Below are positions 34,633-48,300 of a stretch of 64,000 nt of DNA, piece after piece; within the stretch, counting starts at the first letter, position 1; each line of letters begins with the position of its first letter. Source of the DNA: Psammoneis japonica (Eukaryota); contig QPGO01000041.1 of assembly GCA_008632985.1 (NCBI GenBank), positions 310,001 to 374,000 on the forward strand, given 5' to 3'. A program made the position numbers and the translations under genes. Below the pieces are notes generated by a model. It ran no database searches and was not told the origin of the DNA. It worked only from the letters and a program-made list of their open reading frames with translations.

Positions 34633-36477
34633 ATGCTTTTCTACAGAATCACTTTCCACTTTGTTCTTGCTTCAGCTGTCACAATAGCGGCTAGAGCCGT
34701 TGAGATCGAAGAAGGCACGGGGAATATGGTCAAAATGTGTCTCTTCTACCCTTCAGAGTCGGGACATGCTAGAACTGATCCCATCCTCGATGAGACTGGT
34801 GCCTCAGACCACGTCCATACCGTAAGCTGGCATGTGGTATCGTACACCTATGTTTATCGTTACTTTTACCTAACCAGCTCACCGTTGTCATTTCCCAGTT
34901 TTACGGCCCGCAAAACTTTCATCCCGATACGACCTACGAACAAATTCGTGATACAAGTCCAGAATTCAGCACTGCGGAATTCATTGAGAATCAGTCACTT
35001 TATTGGGTACGTGCGAAATCGTGGCTTCTGGCTATCCTGCGCATTGTAGGCTGCTGCCATAACTAATTGACTTTGCTTTCGTTCTTTCCTCCGCAACTCA
35101 GCACCCGAGTATCTACATGGTGCCGCGAGACGAAAACAACGAAAAGCTGTACACGCGTGTCAACAATCTAGATTCAAGTCCGTACTATCGATGGGATAAC
35201 AGTGTTAAGCCCAAGACTGAAGCTTTTCCTCCAAAGTTTAGGATGATTGCGTTCTCGGATCAGAAAAGAGCTGGCACCGGAGGAGAGACAGGGGGGAATT
35301 TATTCATGGAATGCTGCCAGCTCGACGACGGAGAGGAGGACTGTACCAATTTTATCGGCAATGCTGATTTCCCGGAGAAGAACTGTGACTTTCTTGGGAT
35401 TGCTTTTGGTACGTCACCGATACTTGAGTTCTCATGCGCTTCTCACTCTTTTCTCACGCACATTTTCCTCCCTCTTCAGCCATGCCGACCTGTTGGAACG
35501 GCGATCTTGGGATCGAAAATGATCACATAAACCACATGGCGTATACTCTCGATGGAACGGTCGCTGGACAGTGTCCCCCTTCTCATCAGAGACGCCTTCC
35601 TCAGATTCAGCTTTTCATCCGGATTGCCAACTACCAAGGCAAGAAGTTCCGCTACGTTCTTTCCAACGACAGCAAGGTCTTTCATGTTGACTTTTTCAAT
35701 GGATGGCGGGAAGGCGTGCTGGACAAAATCATTCAGAACTGTCCCATTGAAGACAAGGGAACAAAGACCTACAACCCCCCTTGCAACTGCGAGCAGTTCC
35801 TTACTAAGAACAAGGTGGCTCCGGGACGAGTCTGTGACGATAATGTGAGAAGATATATTCTGGACGAACCTACAGACGTTGTCAAAATCCTTCCACGCGG
35901 TTTCAATCAGGACACTGCTCTCATTCCTAAGTCTTCTAAGTCTTGGGACGTTGATCCACCTTTCGACTGCTTCATAGAGCCTCCAGAGCGTTTCGATTCA
36001 GAAGAAGACTCCGAAGAAAGAACGGGTTCAGGCGAGGATTCTCGAGAAGAGTCCGACGAAGAATCTGGAGAAGAATCCGATGAAGAGTCTGGAGAAGAAT
36101 CCGACGAATCCGATGAAGAGACTGGAGAAGAGTCCGACGAAGAATCTGGAAAAGAATCCGATGAAGAGTCTGGAGAAGAGTCCACCGAAAACTCTCAAGA
36201 AGGGTCCGACGAAGACGTTCCAAGCTTCAGCCGTTGCGCCGCAATGGTCGTTGAGGAATGCGGCTTGGGAGCCGGAAAGCAAAGTTGTTGGAGAGACATG
36301 ATTCGCGACGATTGCAACGAACCCGACAGACAGTATCGGCGCAAGGTCCTCAATAATCTCAAGAAAAGAAATCGCCGCAACAGGCTGAAGAAACAACGTC
36401 TCAACAAGCTGAAGAAACAACGCCTCAACAAGCTGAAGAAACAGCGCGACCATAATTCTTGGAGAAGGTTAGATTAA
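34633..36477 (+). CDS. Secreted DUF1996-domain protein with acidic and basic repeat tail (3 introns)
   Basis: RTDPIL...HVHT|FYG, SLYW|HP, FPPKFRMIA, PTCWNG, HMAY, CPPSH and FHVDFFNGW motifs; introns 34822-34898, 35007-35101 and 35409-35479. Confidence 0.9.
36045..36445 (+). repeat. Coding tandem repeats EESDEESG (24 bp) and LKKQRLNK-type (21 bp)
   Basis: Visible in both DNA and translation. Confidence 0.85.
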
Positions 36478-37049
36478 ACAGAGCAAACGACTCCGCGTTG
36501 CATCATTCGGCCATTTGAAATAAACTAAGAAATCACATATGCTAATAGAGCTGGAATACTACCTAAACCGCCCCAAATGAGCTTGCCGCCATATCTGATG
36601 GGTGGGGAGGGTGTGTTTGCGGTCGAGATCGAGGTGGACGCAAGGAGGATGCCTGGCCTATTCGGTGGAGATCAAGACGCCGCCACTTTTTCGGAGTCGA
36701 TGCGTTTGCTTTTGTTTTGGGCTCTTGTACAAAGACCCGTTTGGGACTTCGAATGTTGACGGAAGTACGTCGATCCTATCTATGAAAGATTCCTTCACAA
36801 AATGATCAATGTAATTGAAGTTGCATAGTATGGCGCAAATCAGCACGCGATTGGACATGGATTCAAATGCAGCGGCAGCGCCTTGAGTACAAGTGGACTT
36901 ATGCCGAAGCGGCATCTGCAAAACATACGGTTGTGCTGATCACAATATACAAACTCGAGGAATGATCTCGCAACAAATATCGGTCCCATTTAGCTTCTTT
37001 GATTTGTTAATTAAGTCTGGAAACATACTACAAACTACTTCTAATTGTT

Positions 37050-38102
37050 TCACGTTGAAATGGTAACATCACACCGCCACAAATCGTCCAACCTCTTTGG
37101 ATTGGAATCGTCGCCAGTCAGTCCTCCAAATAGATAGAGGCTCGACTTGCCATCAGTGTCACTGGCTGACCATCCTCGAACAGTGGGCCACTCGTCACCA
37201 GATGCAGCAATGGTTTCCTTCAAGGCTCCCGTGGATGAGTCCAAAACGACAATGTCATTTTCAAAACCCCCAGCTCCCTCGTGACCAATGTGGGAGGGAT
37301 CCACTTCGCCGCCCACAATCAATGCGACGCCAAGAGAAGGAAAGGAACCCGACAAGCAAACACTCCGCGGTCGTAAGTCCGCCAAGCCCTCCATGAGAGA
37401 TTCTTTCCAAGCCTTTGCTCCCAAGTCGTAGATGTGTCCGTCGTTGGTTTCTTCACCGGCAAAGCCCGCAACAACCGCCAAAGAAGATGACGAATTCAAT
37501 GCAATCAAATTGGCACCGCCACGCCCACGCAATAACTTGGATTCACCCAAATCATACCATTTCTTCTCGGTAACGCTGAAACGATGCAAATCCGCCAAAC
37601 GACCGCCAGCTCCACATCCACCAAAGACAAACAAATCGTCACCAACGCAAATCATTTTATGAAAGGATCGTGGTTGGGGTGGCGGATTGCTACTCTCGGC
37701 ATCAGGTTCGACAAGTGTCCACGTTTCTGTTTGTATATCCAATTTCCACAAATCATTCAGGGGCTTTTCGGCCATGTCAATGCCTTGACGTCCACCAAAA
37801 ATGTACACATCTGTACTGCCATGCACAGCCTGAGCGTGTGCTACACGAGAGGGAGGCGAGGATGATGCGGTAGTAGGCAGTTTTCGCCACTGCCATTTTT
37901 TCTCCTCGTCCTGTTCGAGAATCCATCCGGCCTCGTTTTCAATGGGAGTGCGAGCCACGTGTTCTCCACCATACAAGACGATCTTTCCCTGAAGAAACGA
38001 CAAGCCGTGAGAGCTTCGTGCACAAGGCAATCCGCGCTTGGGATCAACCGATGGAAGCAGTCGGGTCCAAGCAACCTTTACTCTGTTGGAACATGCCGCC
38101 AT
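37050..38102 (-). CDS. Kelch-repeat protein (nitrile-specifier-protein-like)
   Basis: ARSSHG, LYGGE, RVAHA, YIFGG, PRSFH, FVFGG, RGW and YLFGG repeats. Confidence 0.9.
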   Translation of the reverse strand: MAACSNRVKVAWTRLLPSVDPKRGLPCARSSHGLSFLQGKIVLYGGEHVARTPIENEAGWILEQDEEKKWQWRKLPTTASSSPPSRVAHAQAVHGSTDVYIFGGRQGIDMAEKPLNDLWKLDIQTETWTLVEPDAESSNPPPQPRSFHKMICVGDDLFVFGGCGAGGRLADLHRFSVTEKKWYDLGESKLLRGRGGANLIALNSSSSLAVVAGFAGEETNDGHIYDLGAKAWKESLMEGLADLRPRSVCLSGSFPSLGVALIVGGEVDPSHIGHEGAGGFENDIVVLDSSTGALKETIAASGDEWPTVRGWSASDTDGKSSLYLFGGLTGDDSNPKRLDDLWRCDVTIST

Positions 38103-39393
38103 GGTGGATGATTCGATATATCTTTTTTTTCTGCAGGTCCACGTACGTACCGGTATTGAAAGGCACACTGCTGTCACCACTGACCAGGACTCAACTGACA
38201 GATTCATTAGAAATACAGGGCACTTGGGCCAGCTCGCCGCCTAGCCATTAGCAACTCACACTGATCAAGGGTGGCTGGTTGCCCGGCGTAATTTACCGAT
38301 GCGAACTGGATCTTTCACGACCAAAAAAAGATTCTCACAGAAAGGGGTGATATTTTCGTGCTCCCTCAATAAGGAGTATGAGTTAGCCGGGGTAGGGCTA
38401 ATTGGTCGCGCACGTTTGGGTTCGATGCAGCCGTGCAACTAGCCATACCATACCCTGCAGGAAGAGCTGTTGGTGGCGCGCGAGCAGAAGCAACAAAGCA
38501 AAGAACACGGCGTGGGTCAAAACGTTGTAAAATGACGCAACAACAAGCAGCGAGAAGAAACCCAACTTGACCCATGAATACAGCGCATACATATTGTCCA
38601 ACCACTTCAATAGTATCTCGTATTCCCAGCTTGTAGATGAGGGGACGGCGTTCGCGTTTCTCGCCATGGTGTTGTTGCGCGTTATCGTGTTGTTTGCGCG
38701 CGAAGAACACGGGATCTATTTATCCGATAATAACTCTGTTTTGCTAATAGTAGATGTTTTACTATATTCAATCTGTAGATATTTTGAGAAGCGCTTCGGG
38801 GAAACCCTGTTCGGGCCGTTAAATAGAAATTTTTTTTATCCAGATTCCAGAGTTCTTTGGGGTGTTCTGTCAGACTTTTGAATTGGTATATACATATATC
38901 AGAGGCCTTAGCAAAATCAATGATATGTAATAGCCTCAGAGACCAACATAAATTTATCTTCCCTGCAGAGCCTGTAGATTGTGTACCGGCGGAAAATCCA
39001 CCGCCTGTCAACTCATCAGTGGTAATTCTACGTATATTCTACTTACACCTCACAAACGTAGGGCTACACACACCTACACAGTCTAATAACCGCGCACACG
39101 TGCGCGAGAAAATACATCGTGTGTAGGTATTGAGAACAGTAGGGGGGGTTGGCATGTCGCGAGTTTTCCCCCGCCTCATCCTCAATGTCGGTGGAAAGTG
39201 GCAAGTAAATTTACCGGAAGTGGGCCATACATAGGCCTTCTAGCTTCTAGAGTAAGTAGAGAGAGAGTTAGTACCGTACCGGTAGAGGCAGAAATAATGC
39301 AGAAAGTGGCATTTTTTTTCATTCTCATCAGCAAGCCCAAACGCAACTTGAAACTACTGTCTTCTACTACTACAGTAGACCTATCTGTGAACC

Positions 39394-40235
39394 ATGGGGT
39401 TGAAATGCACTGAGCGAAAAAATGAAAGGTAATCCCCCATTGAAGCTTTTCTGAACTGTGAAATTTGCTTTGATAGATGCCATTAATGACACGTATCGTA
39501 CTGATTCTCTCCTCTCTCTGTTTTCGGCAAAATCATAATAGTTGCGTGAGCTGCTGCGTGCTCATTTTGGTGATTATTGGCCTCGTGCTCTCCCTTTTGG
39601 GTTCCACGTGGTGTCAATTTGTCTCCTTTACCATCACACCCTTTGATCGGACACTTGATTTTGGTGTATGGACTTATACAGATTACGGATACGTGCTAGT
39701 CTCGGGTGAGGGAGTTTATCGCGTCTATGGGTGCACCGGGTACCCGGGTGGCGTTGACAAGGATGGTTACTGGAAAGCGGCACAGGCCTTTGCAATTATT
39801 GCTCCCGTGTTTGGTATAATTGCAAGCTTGCTGACATGCTGCGGTATTTCTGGCATGACGGACAAGTGTGTGGGTGTCGTATTCATGTTTGTCGCTTTAT
39901 GTCAGGGACTGGTGCTGCTCTTTCTGTCGAGTGATGTGTGCGACGCAAGCAAAAATGGTATTATCCAAGAGTTTGATGAGCGTTTTCCAGAGTACGAAGG
40001 AGAGATTGGTACGACCAGTAACAAGTGCACCAAGGAAAGTGGTGTCTGGACCGTCGTGGCCGCCATTGTCTGTTGGGCTTTGGCGGGTATAGTCGTTTGT
40101 GCTGTTCCTAGGAGAAATGACTTTGAAGACGATGAGGAAGACTTTGCCGGAAAAGTTGAAGAGAATGATGGAGATGAAGCCTTTGGAGAAGATGGTGGAG
40201 AAGCAGTGGGAGCCTCAGGAATTGGTGGCGAATGA
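39394..40235 (+). CDS. Four-TM claudin-like membrane protein (1 intron)
   Basis: Intron 39429-39541 joins in frame; four hydrophobic helices, FGVW...C motif and acidic tail. Confidence 0.75.
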
Positions 40236-41244
40236 GTTTCTGAAGCCTAGCCATTGAAAACGTCGAGTGTACAGGTGTAGCTTCGACATCTATCATCTTG
40301 GAACCGAAAGCGTCGCTTGTTTAGTGATGTATTCCTGCAAAACAATCGTTAAAATGTGGCACGAGTTATTTCGAATCTGTTCTTTTCTTCGTACACCAAC
40401 TGCTTCAAACTTTACCCTCTTGGATACATATCGAGGCTCTCTCTCTCTCTCTCTCGAAACCTTGCCACTTTCAAACGGCCGTCACCAAAACAGGAGCGAA
40501 AGGGGACGGGTGCGCAAAGTCATTCATTCACAGAACTCTTGAATCAAGACCTTCGCTTCATTTGCTTCATAATCTTCTGAATGTGCGACACAAAGTACTC
40601 ACAACAGTAGATTACGACTCTAGAGACAATGCTTGTGGAGGTTACAGCCCTTCAATCGTCTACTGACAATAGCGCTGCGCAAAGCAACAACCATTGGCTC
40701 ATGCATCTTTTTTTTCTCCTCGGAAACAACTAGAGAACCCTCAGGCTACAAGTCTCGACTCGTTGTCAGTGGTCATGAGCCAATGAAACAAGCCTGCAAA
40801 ACTCTCCATCTGATCGATGCCATGGGAGCGCTGTTGTCTCCGAAAATGCTTGCTATAGCTAGAGCCGAGCTCTAGCTAGCTCTAGCAGTAGTGCTCTCTA
40901 GCTTAATGGGCCCTAGTAGTGCTTTAGAGGGAGGGTTAGACGGATTAAAAAACGCTTCTGGTGGATGCTGGAGCGCGTCGCATCTTCGAGTTGTTTCTCA
41001 TACCGGTATAGACATTGCTTGCTTCTTTGAGAAGTCGAAGTTGTGACCAAATTCGTAGTTCATAATCAAAGTTTATTTATTGCAGACGGCCATATCGTAC
41101 CGGTAGCAATCTGACGAGTCTGCAGAATTTATCAAAATTGTGTGAAAGGAACGCCCTCGCATCGAGCAGTCCTTGTTGGTGCGCGTGAAGGCGAATGTTA
41201 ACAAAATTAGAAGTATGGCATAGACCACACCAAATCAAAAATGG

Positions 41245-44200
41245 TTAGCTCAGTGTACAGGCGGTATCATTCGATACATCGGTTGACGTCAAAGAGAGTC
41301 CTTTCATAGCTTCTTGCGTGTTCGACCATGTTGTGTCTTCGACGTTGCCGGTTATCCATGGGTGTTGCAACGCAGCGCTTGCGTCAATTCGCTCTTGAGG
41401 GTCTTGTTCCAGCATTTTCTTTATCAAATCAATTGCATTAGAGGAGACTAGATAGAGGGAGTGTACATTATGTCAGTGGTGACAACGAATAATGCACAAT
41501 GGGCAATGTGACAAGAGGACAGCTGTCCTTACCTCTATCCCAGTCATCGTCAAAATCAACATCAGCTTGCCTATTCGCCGCAATGAGCTCCGCCTCAGAC
41601 TCTCCATAAAACGGTTCGTATCCGGAAAGCATAATGTAGAGTGTAACTCCGGCAGAGAAGACATCCACCTTGTTCCCGTATCCACCGTGAATCCCAGCGG
41701 TAAAGATCTCTGGAGCCACGTATCCAGGCGTGCCGCAGCGTCCACGTACCAAACCGTCAACTCCCACCAGTGTCGACATTCCGTAGTCGGCAAGCTTGAC
41801 GCTTGTACCGTTATTTTCTTTTTCGCACATGAGTAAATTGGCTGGTTTGATGTCTCTATGAGCAACTCCAATATGATGCATAGCATCGATGCTCGTCAGC
41901 AGGTCTCTGATAATGTGCGCTGCTTCCTTTTCGGAAGAACACCCTTGTCGGACATGTAGCGGAACAAGTCTATTCCCTCGACGAGCTCAAGCTCCATCAC
42001 TACATGCTCGCAAGTTTCGAAGAATCCGCGTGTTTGGAGAAAGTTCGGGAGACGACCGCACTCAACAGAGAGCGTAGATTGAACTACCGCTTCTCGCACA
42101 AGGGTATCTGCTCGTTCGCGTCCATTCTGTACTCGATGCCAAAACTCTTTCTTGTTGATAACTTTGAGAGCGCAGTCGTTGGTATCTTGATTGTTACCGT
42201 TGCGGCACTTTTTGCGAGCTGGAAAAACGCGTGCGTACTGTCCGTCTCCAAGTTTAGTGGTCTCATCAAACTCGTACAAATCCTCAATTTTCAACTGTGC
42301 CGCAGCAGCCAGACTGGATATCCACCAATCTCTTTCTTTCTCTGACTTAACTCTTATCATTATCTATAACAAGGCAAGCGGGAAGAAAGCAAACACTTAA
42401 GCAAGAAGAAAAGATGATAAAGACTGCTTGACGAGATTCGCTTACCGTGCGATGATCGGCTTTAGCACAGGGACTGCCGTAGAAATTCAATTCCAAAGTG
42501 TCGTGAAAGTTTTCATGAGCTCTGCATGTGGAGTATTCCAAATGGCAGAAACCGCGGGGCATCTCATGTATAAGATCTTCTCCTCGGTACTCAAAAAGGT
42601 AGTTCTGTCTCAGCACAAATGCACAAGTCGTCCAACCATAAGAAGCATCGCTCGGTCGCGACCTGCCTACGTAAATCACAGTGGCCGTTCCCAGTACCAA
42701 AGAGCCAAAAGCAGACGGGATAGCAGGAACTTCTTGAGGTGAGTCGCTCTCCAAAGACTCTACATATTTGCCAAAGTCATCCTCCTGACCCGCTAAAAGC
42801 ACTTTCATCACACGGTTAGGACACATGGCAATGGCAGCAGGAGCAATCAAGTATCGACGTCCAGCCGCCCATGTGTCTGTACCAAAAAGTGGGCTCAGTA
42901 CGCGAGAAGCCTTCATGGAAGAAACGACATGCTCCGTCACTGGTTCTAGAGCAAGGGAGGACGTACTATCGACACGGTGCCGGTGCGAAAATGACGTGTC
43001 GGAGCTTGAAAGTGCAAATACTAAGGAAATGGCAAGAGGGTGAGAGTGAGACCAGATCATCAAAGCCCAACCATCAATTGGAATGCGATCACTTACCGCT
43101 GTTGCGTTGACTGTAAATGCCAGCAAAATGATCGTTTCGGTGTTGGCTGGGTTCATCGCCAAGATAGGCCGAAGTCGAATCTTGGGCGAATTCAGAAGAA
43201 TTATGAAATTCTGTAAAGGCCACTTTCATCTCCTTACTTTTGCTTCTAAACGAGTCTGTGGCTTCTTGCATCTTTTGTGACAACAAACTTTGCTTCACAG
43301 GCTGTGGAGACCCTCGGGGCACGCCGCCACGAACCGACCCCTCCAAGTCATCCTGGCTCCTTTTCATCTTGACAAGCGGAGGAATCAATTCGGTTGGTGG
43401 AACTCCCTCTATGGAAATCATTTGCGTGTTTTTATATCGTGCACTGTCTGGAGAATATGCCTTTTCGAATCCCCTGTGAACGGCTGAATCTAAACTGTCA
43501 AAAGATGCGCTACCGGGAGAGTGGCCCTTGCCATGCCTGTTGCGATTATTTGCCGCGTCTAAATTGGTAGCAGAGTCGTTTGGAGAATATGCCTTGTCGT
43601 GTCCCTTGTGCACGGCTGAATCTAACGTATCCACCGATCTTATTCTTCGCCTTGGAGGAACCTGGCTCTTTCCTTTCCCTACAGACAATGAACTGTCTTC
43701 GTCGGTTGTTACTACCGATGAACTGGATCCTGATCGACCACGCTTATGAAACACGGATTGAAACAAGTGTCCACCCCGGACTGCTGTATCGCTATTGCTT
43801 TTGCTCGGCAAAAGGCCTGTGGACTTGGATCTCGATGAAGAAGCAGTATTAGCCGATTTGGAGGATAGATCGGGTAGCGGAGCCACATTTAACGATTGAG
43901 GCAGCGCCACCGTGTTTTTAAATGAGGAAGCCGGTGATTGCCGAAAGTGCTTGGGCGCTCGCTTCACAGAGCCTGCTGCTGCGTTGTGCTTTCTACCAAA
44001 CATCTTTCGAGAGGGAGCAGCGGATGGTCCTAACGATTCATTATCTCCGTCACTTGGATCGGGAGTTGACAGCTTTTTGCTGGACATTTTCTTTCCGCCT
44101 TTTAGAAATGATCTGTAATGACGTTCCCACGATTTCCTGGGTATTCCACTGGGAGTGGATGGACTGGGTGGAGGTAGGGCCATGCCTTCGTCGATCGGGG

Positions 44201-44370
44201 ACTTTTGCGAACCCATTGGTGATGTAGGGTGGCGGGGTGATTTTCGGTGGAGATGGACGAAGTGGGGAAGCGGGAGCCATGGCCGACGTGGATTTTGATC
44301 TTGCTATTCTCGCAGCCCACTTTTTGGGCGGGAGCTTCTTTGGTCCCGACGATTCGTTGTTGCTGCTCAT
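41245..44370 (-). CDS. Ser/Thr protein kinase (CAMK-like) with PH domain and long low-complexity N-terminus
   Basis: LGDGQYARV, ALKVI, HRDIKPANLL, LADYG, CGTPGYVAPE and DVFSAG motifs; PH-like GWTTCAFVLRQNYLFEY...ERDWWISSL; introns near 43021-43096, 42365-42444 and 41448-41532; apparent single-base frameshifts near 44225 and 41930. Confidence 0.88.
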
Positions 44371-45662
44371 CGTTCATGCACGATTGGTCGGATATGAATA
44401 TCCTCAGCCTCAATGTCTTCGATGTTATTGCTGTGTTGCCGTCATCAACACCAATGAGTTCGTGCGACTCAAATTGAAGCGCTAAGAGTCACAATCAGCG
44501 TTTCTAGATGACCTTAAAGTCGTTCTGGATAAACAAAAAATGACAGAAAACGACGAACATTATTAGTCTGTAGATCTTGAGAGAGCGAAACAGAATCCAC
44601 TTCTCTTCTGCAATCTCAGACTATAAAGTCTCTGAAGCATCCCTCTTCTTTAGAGAATGGAAAAGTTGAAGCCTTTAACATTTACTTACATGCCCTGGTT
44701 GATGAGAATTGAGTGGTGTGTGTTTCAACTAGCTGGTAGGAGTACTGTAGAGTTCACTGTTCGCGTATTGTCGCGTTGCTTTGGGCGGTGAAACTCAGCG
44801 GTGCGTTTGTTGATTTTGCTTCCGGCAACCGGCGAGAAGTATCGGAGTCAGCACGTCACGTATGACAGAAACCACGATGCATCGGTAGAAAATATTTATA
44901 TAATCTATTTATTGTACGCGGTTTCTTTAATTAAAAGTGACATTTCAAGCGTCGACGGGGGCAATTGTAATGATTTCTTCCAGCACGTGACGAGGAAGAA
45001 GGGCCAAAATCGTTGAGGGATGGGGGAGGTAGGAGGAGGTAGGTAGGGAGGGAGGGAGGGAGGGTGACGATTGAAACTTTGTTCGAGAAAATGTGAGGGT
45101 CAGCGGTGAGAACATGGAAGAAGTTGCTGACAGACAGAGGACATGGCGTACAGACCAACCGAAGAGCTTTCACTCGGTGCTTCTTTTCGACCCGCATTGG
45201 TCAACCTATTCTTCCCGCCAGAATTTCCTTCCGTCTTGAGTGCCTACTCAATTCAGCAGGAGACTGGGGAAGCATGCCGGATTCGTGAATAGAATTCAAA
45301 ACGTAACGAGCAAAGGTGGTCGAAAAGCCTGCAGCATTGAGCGACGCAGTAGGATGTCATCGCTCGTTGGTTGCTGGTGACGGGGTGTGCAACAGAGAGA
45401 GTCAATGCTGTTCCAAAGCCACGTCTCTGCAAACGAGGTCTCCGCTTCACCAAAACCCAGCTGAATAGTCAAGTTGATTTCTCAATGCAATGATCGGAAT
45501 TGAAGAGTACCAGATAAGGAGAGAAGATCTCCTCCTGATTCATCCTCCTGATTCCATCGTCTGCGGGCGACTCTTTCCAATGCTTCTGACTTGCTACAAC
45601 CAGCAACAAACCCAGATCAACCGACTCCGCAAGTCACCATCTCAAGTTCAAGATCATGACAG

Positions 45663-46208
45663 CTAGAAGTTCCTTTTCCCAGGAAATAATACATTGCATG
45701 CCAAAGGTGGAGCGAGCAATGCATACACCACGGGTAGCAACGCAGCCGCCACCACATGCATGATCCTGCGTGGTAGTCCTAATACCACACGCGCATTTGT
45801 TCTGTTGCAGGGCGCCGCATCACGCAACGCCGAAAATGCCAGAACAATGCCACAAATCAAGGAAATTGGAAATCCCATCAAACTGCTCAGTATACATTCG
45901 TGAGACTTTGACACACCCACACTGTCAAAGGCAAACAAGAGGGGATTGTAAAGCATGATTAAGAAAACTCCTCCGCCAATGACAATATAAGGTACGGCCA
46001 AGACTCCCATGAGAACCCTGATTTCTGTACTCAACACGGTGCTTTTTGGTGGAGCTTCAATGGCAAGTACTTCTGCAAAAGTTGCATCCTCTTTATTGTC
46101 GTCGTCAATGGCAGTAGCAACAGTCAGACAGGAAGTACTAGGCGTTTCAAGGTCTGGCAAAGGCACGGCCACATACTCCGCGTTCTTGAATTCTGGAGAT
46201 TTCGCCAT
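45663..46208 (-). CDS. Hypothetical three-TM membrane protein
   Basis: ATG ORF of 181 aa with hydrophobic helices. Confidence 0.55.
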   Translation of the reverse strand: MAKSPEFKNAEYVAVPLPDLETPSTSCLTVATAIDDDNKEDATFAEVLAIEAPPKSTVLSTEIRVLMGVLAVPYIVIGGGVFLIMLYNPLLFAFDSVGVSKSHECILSSLMGFPISLICGIVLAFSALRDAAPCNRTNARVVLGLPRRIMHVVAAALLPVVYALLAPPLACNVLFPGKRNF

Positions 46209-46842
46209 GGGTATATTAATATGCTTTTCTTGTTGTTGTTGTCAAGTGATGTTTTGAGCACATGATGGAAAGAAAGACTCGGCGCAAAACGCGACGTTGA
46301 ATATATCATCCCAAGATTGGCGTCCGCGATTCTCACACGCGTTTGCCAATCACCAACTCATTCGTCGATACCTGTCAGCCAGCTACTGCCAGATGGTTGA
46401 GGATCTCCGCCTCTCATTTGTATTGTCTATAGATAATATTGTTAGTTGCAAACAAGCACTCTACTCGACCTCGTACGGTATTAGTGTTCACCGCTCCGAC
46501 TAAGAGTCTATGTGAGAGGATCGGAAGGGAACTCGGAATTCCTTGTGTCTCCGTCGCGTCCGTCGTCTTCTCATTTATTCATGCTTTCCCCGTATGACAA
46601 AATATGAAAGTATTTGTACTCGCATATGTGTATCACGAAATTATTATTTATAGTGATTAATACATGTAATCCGATCTGCGACGCGAGGTCACAAAATGAA
46701 AGTGGTTCAGCGATCCCAAAAAACCGATCTTCGGTTCGCAACTAACTGGCAACGAGACGTCGGGACGTGGTGCATTCTATCGTTCATAGGTCGCTTCTAT
46801 ATTTATATAGCTCACAAAGTAAGTACTAGACACGAGACCACC

Positions 46843-47520
46843 ATGGTGTACATCCCCACAGCCGGGAGCAAAAAGAAGATTGACGAACCCGAAATAGAGG
46901 TGCCCGTGGCTTCCAAGAACACACGCTCTTCGGATCGTCTGAGATTCGTCTTGGAGTTAGTTGGGGCTGATGTGGAAACGAGTCTCCAAAAATCAAAGGA
47001 AATAGGCCTTACCGGTGATGATCTAGAATACATTGAGCAGCAGGACATTGATGTGATCCTGTCAACCAGTCTTCAGCGTCGTAAGCTCATGGCCGTGTGC
47101 AAATACATAAAGAGTGGTGGGAGTCTGCGGCATGACATGACCATGGCCGATGTGTACAATCATTGTCCAGCTTCCACCAGCATGTCCTCCAATAGTGCTC
47201 CTCGGAAACAGTCGAGCACTGTCAGCACCAACGACGACGATGCCAACAGTTCGACTCAGAAACAGTCGAGCACTGCCGCCACCACCCACGATTATGACAA
47301 TAGTGATACAAAGCCGGCCACCACTGTCAACGCTTCTTCAATAACTTCCATCAGTAGCCAGCAAGAAAACAACAGAAGTGATGGTAGTGAAGGAAAGGAC
47401 TGGCTGAGTGAAGCAAGCGCAGTCGTTAACAAACTATCGGGTCAGCTGCGACAGATGCAGAGACTCAAGACACAAATCCAGAGCATCGCAAAGCAGTTTG
47501 CTGCTTGTGGTAGCACTTGA
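46843..47520 (+). CDS. Hypothetical protein with SAM-like helical segment and Ser/Thr-rich tail
   Basis: ATG in ACCATGG context; GLTGDDLEYIEQQDI...LQRRKL pattern. Confidence 0.55.
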   Translation: MVYIPTAGSKKKIDEPEIEVPVASKNTRSSDRLRFVLELVGADVETSLQKSKEIGLTGDDLEYIEQQDIDVILSTSLQRRKLMAVCKYIKSGGSLRHDMTMADVYNHCPASTSMSSNSAPRKQSSTVSTNDDDANSSTQKQSSTAATTHDYDNSDTKPATTVNASSITSISSQQENNRSDGSEGKDWLSEASAVVNKLSGQLRQMQRLKTQIQSIAKQFAACGST

Positions 47521-48300
47521 AATGTTCCACTCTAAGATTTGGTTACCTCAACGTGTGATGATTGTCAAGGCTTGCGCGCATACACGAACGACCTGCAACA
47601 GCACTTAGCATGAGCACCTTGCTGAGACTAGCGCTTGAGGATTTCTAATTCAAAAAAATTGTGTTTTCAACGTATAGTTATTTCCGAGATTGCGAACATA
47701 CCTGCAAAAGCACATAGCTTGAGTTTCTTGCTACTACTGTAAGACTTTAACGAGATGCAATAATAATGCAGTAGACGTGCATAATGCACATTCTTTTTGC
47801 GATCTTTTCTCCGCGGTCTGCGATCGCTGGCTGGGGCCATGTATGGGTTTGAACAGCAGAGGGTCTGTCCTTCTGTATGTAATCAGATCCTTTCGACGTT
47901 CCAAAAAAATTCATCAAAAAAATCCAAAATGCCATCTTCAATCTGGCCATGAAGGAACTGGGCGTTCGCGCTCGCTTTATGTAGCTTTGTCGAACAGGGA
48001 CGATAACACTTGTGGCGATTTGTTATAGAAATAAAGGGCGATGCACTGCTGAGTCTACCGCTCTCATGTAGAAGCATTCACTCTCAAGCATGTTCGGGGT
48101 GCGTTCACCACGCAAGGTGCAATGATTGTTTGTACCTTCAACCTACCGCTAGTAGACTGTAGAGAGACGGCGTGAAGAGCGATATGCGAGAATTTATGAG
48201 GAATACACAAGTGACAGACTTATGTTTGAGCTTCTAGCTAGAGATGCGCCCCGCGATCGCGTCATGTTGCCCGGATACGGATCGAACAACCAATTGCTTA

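Noticed and set aside
36045..36445. Non-coding repeat array
   Set aside because: These are in-frame low-complexity repeats of the DUF1996 protein tail.
38366..39126. Gene in the AT-rich stretch upstream of the Kelch gene
   Set aside because: Only short overlapping ORFs on both strands with no recognisable motif; a model cannot be supported.
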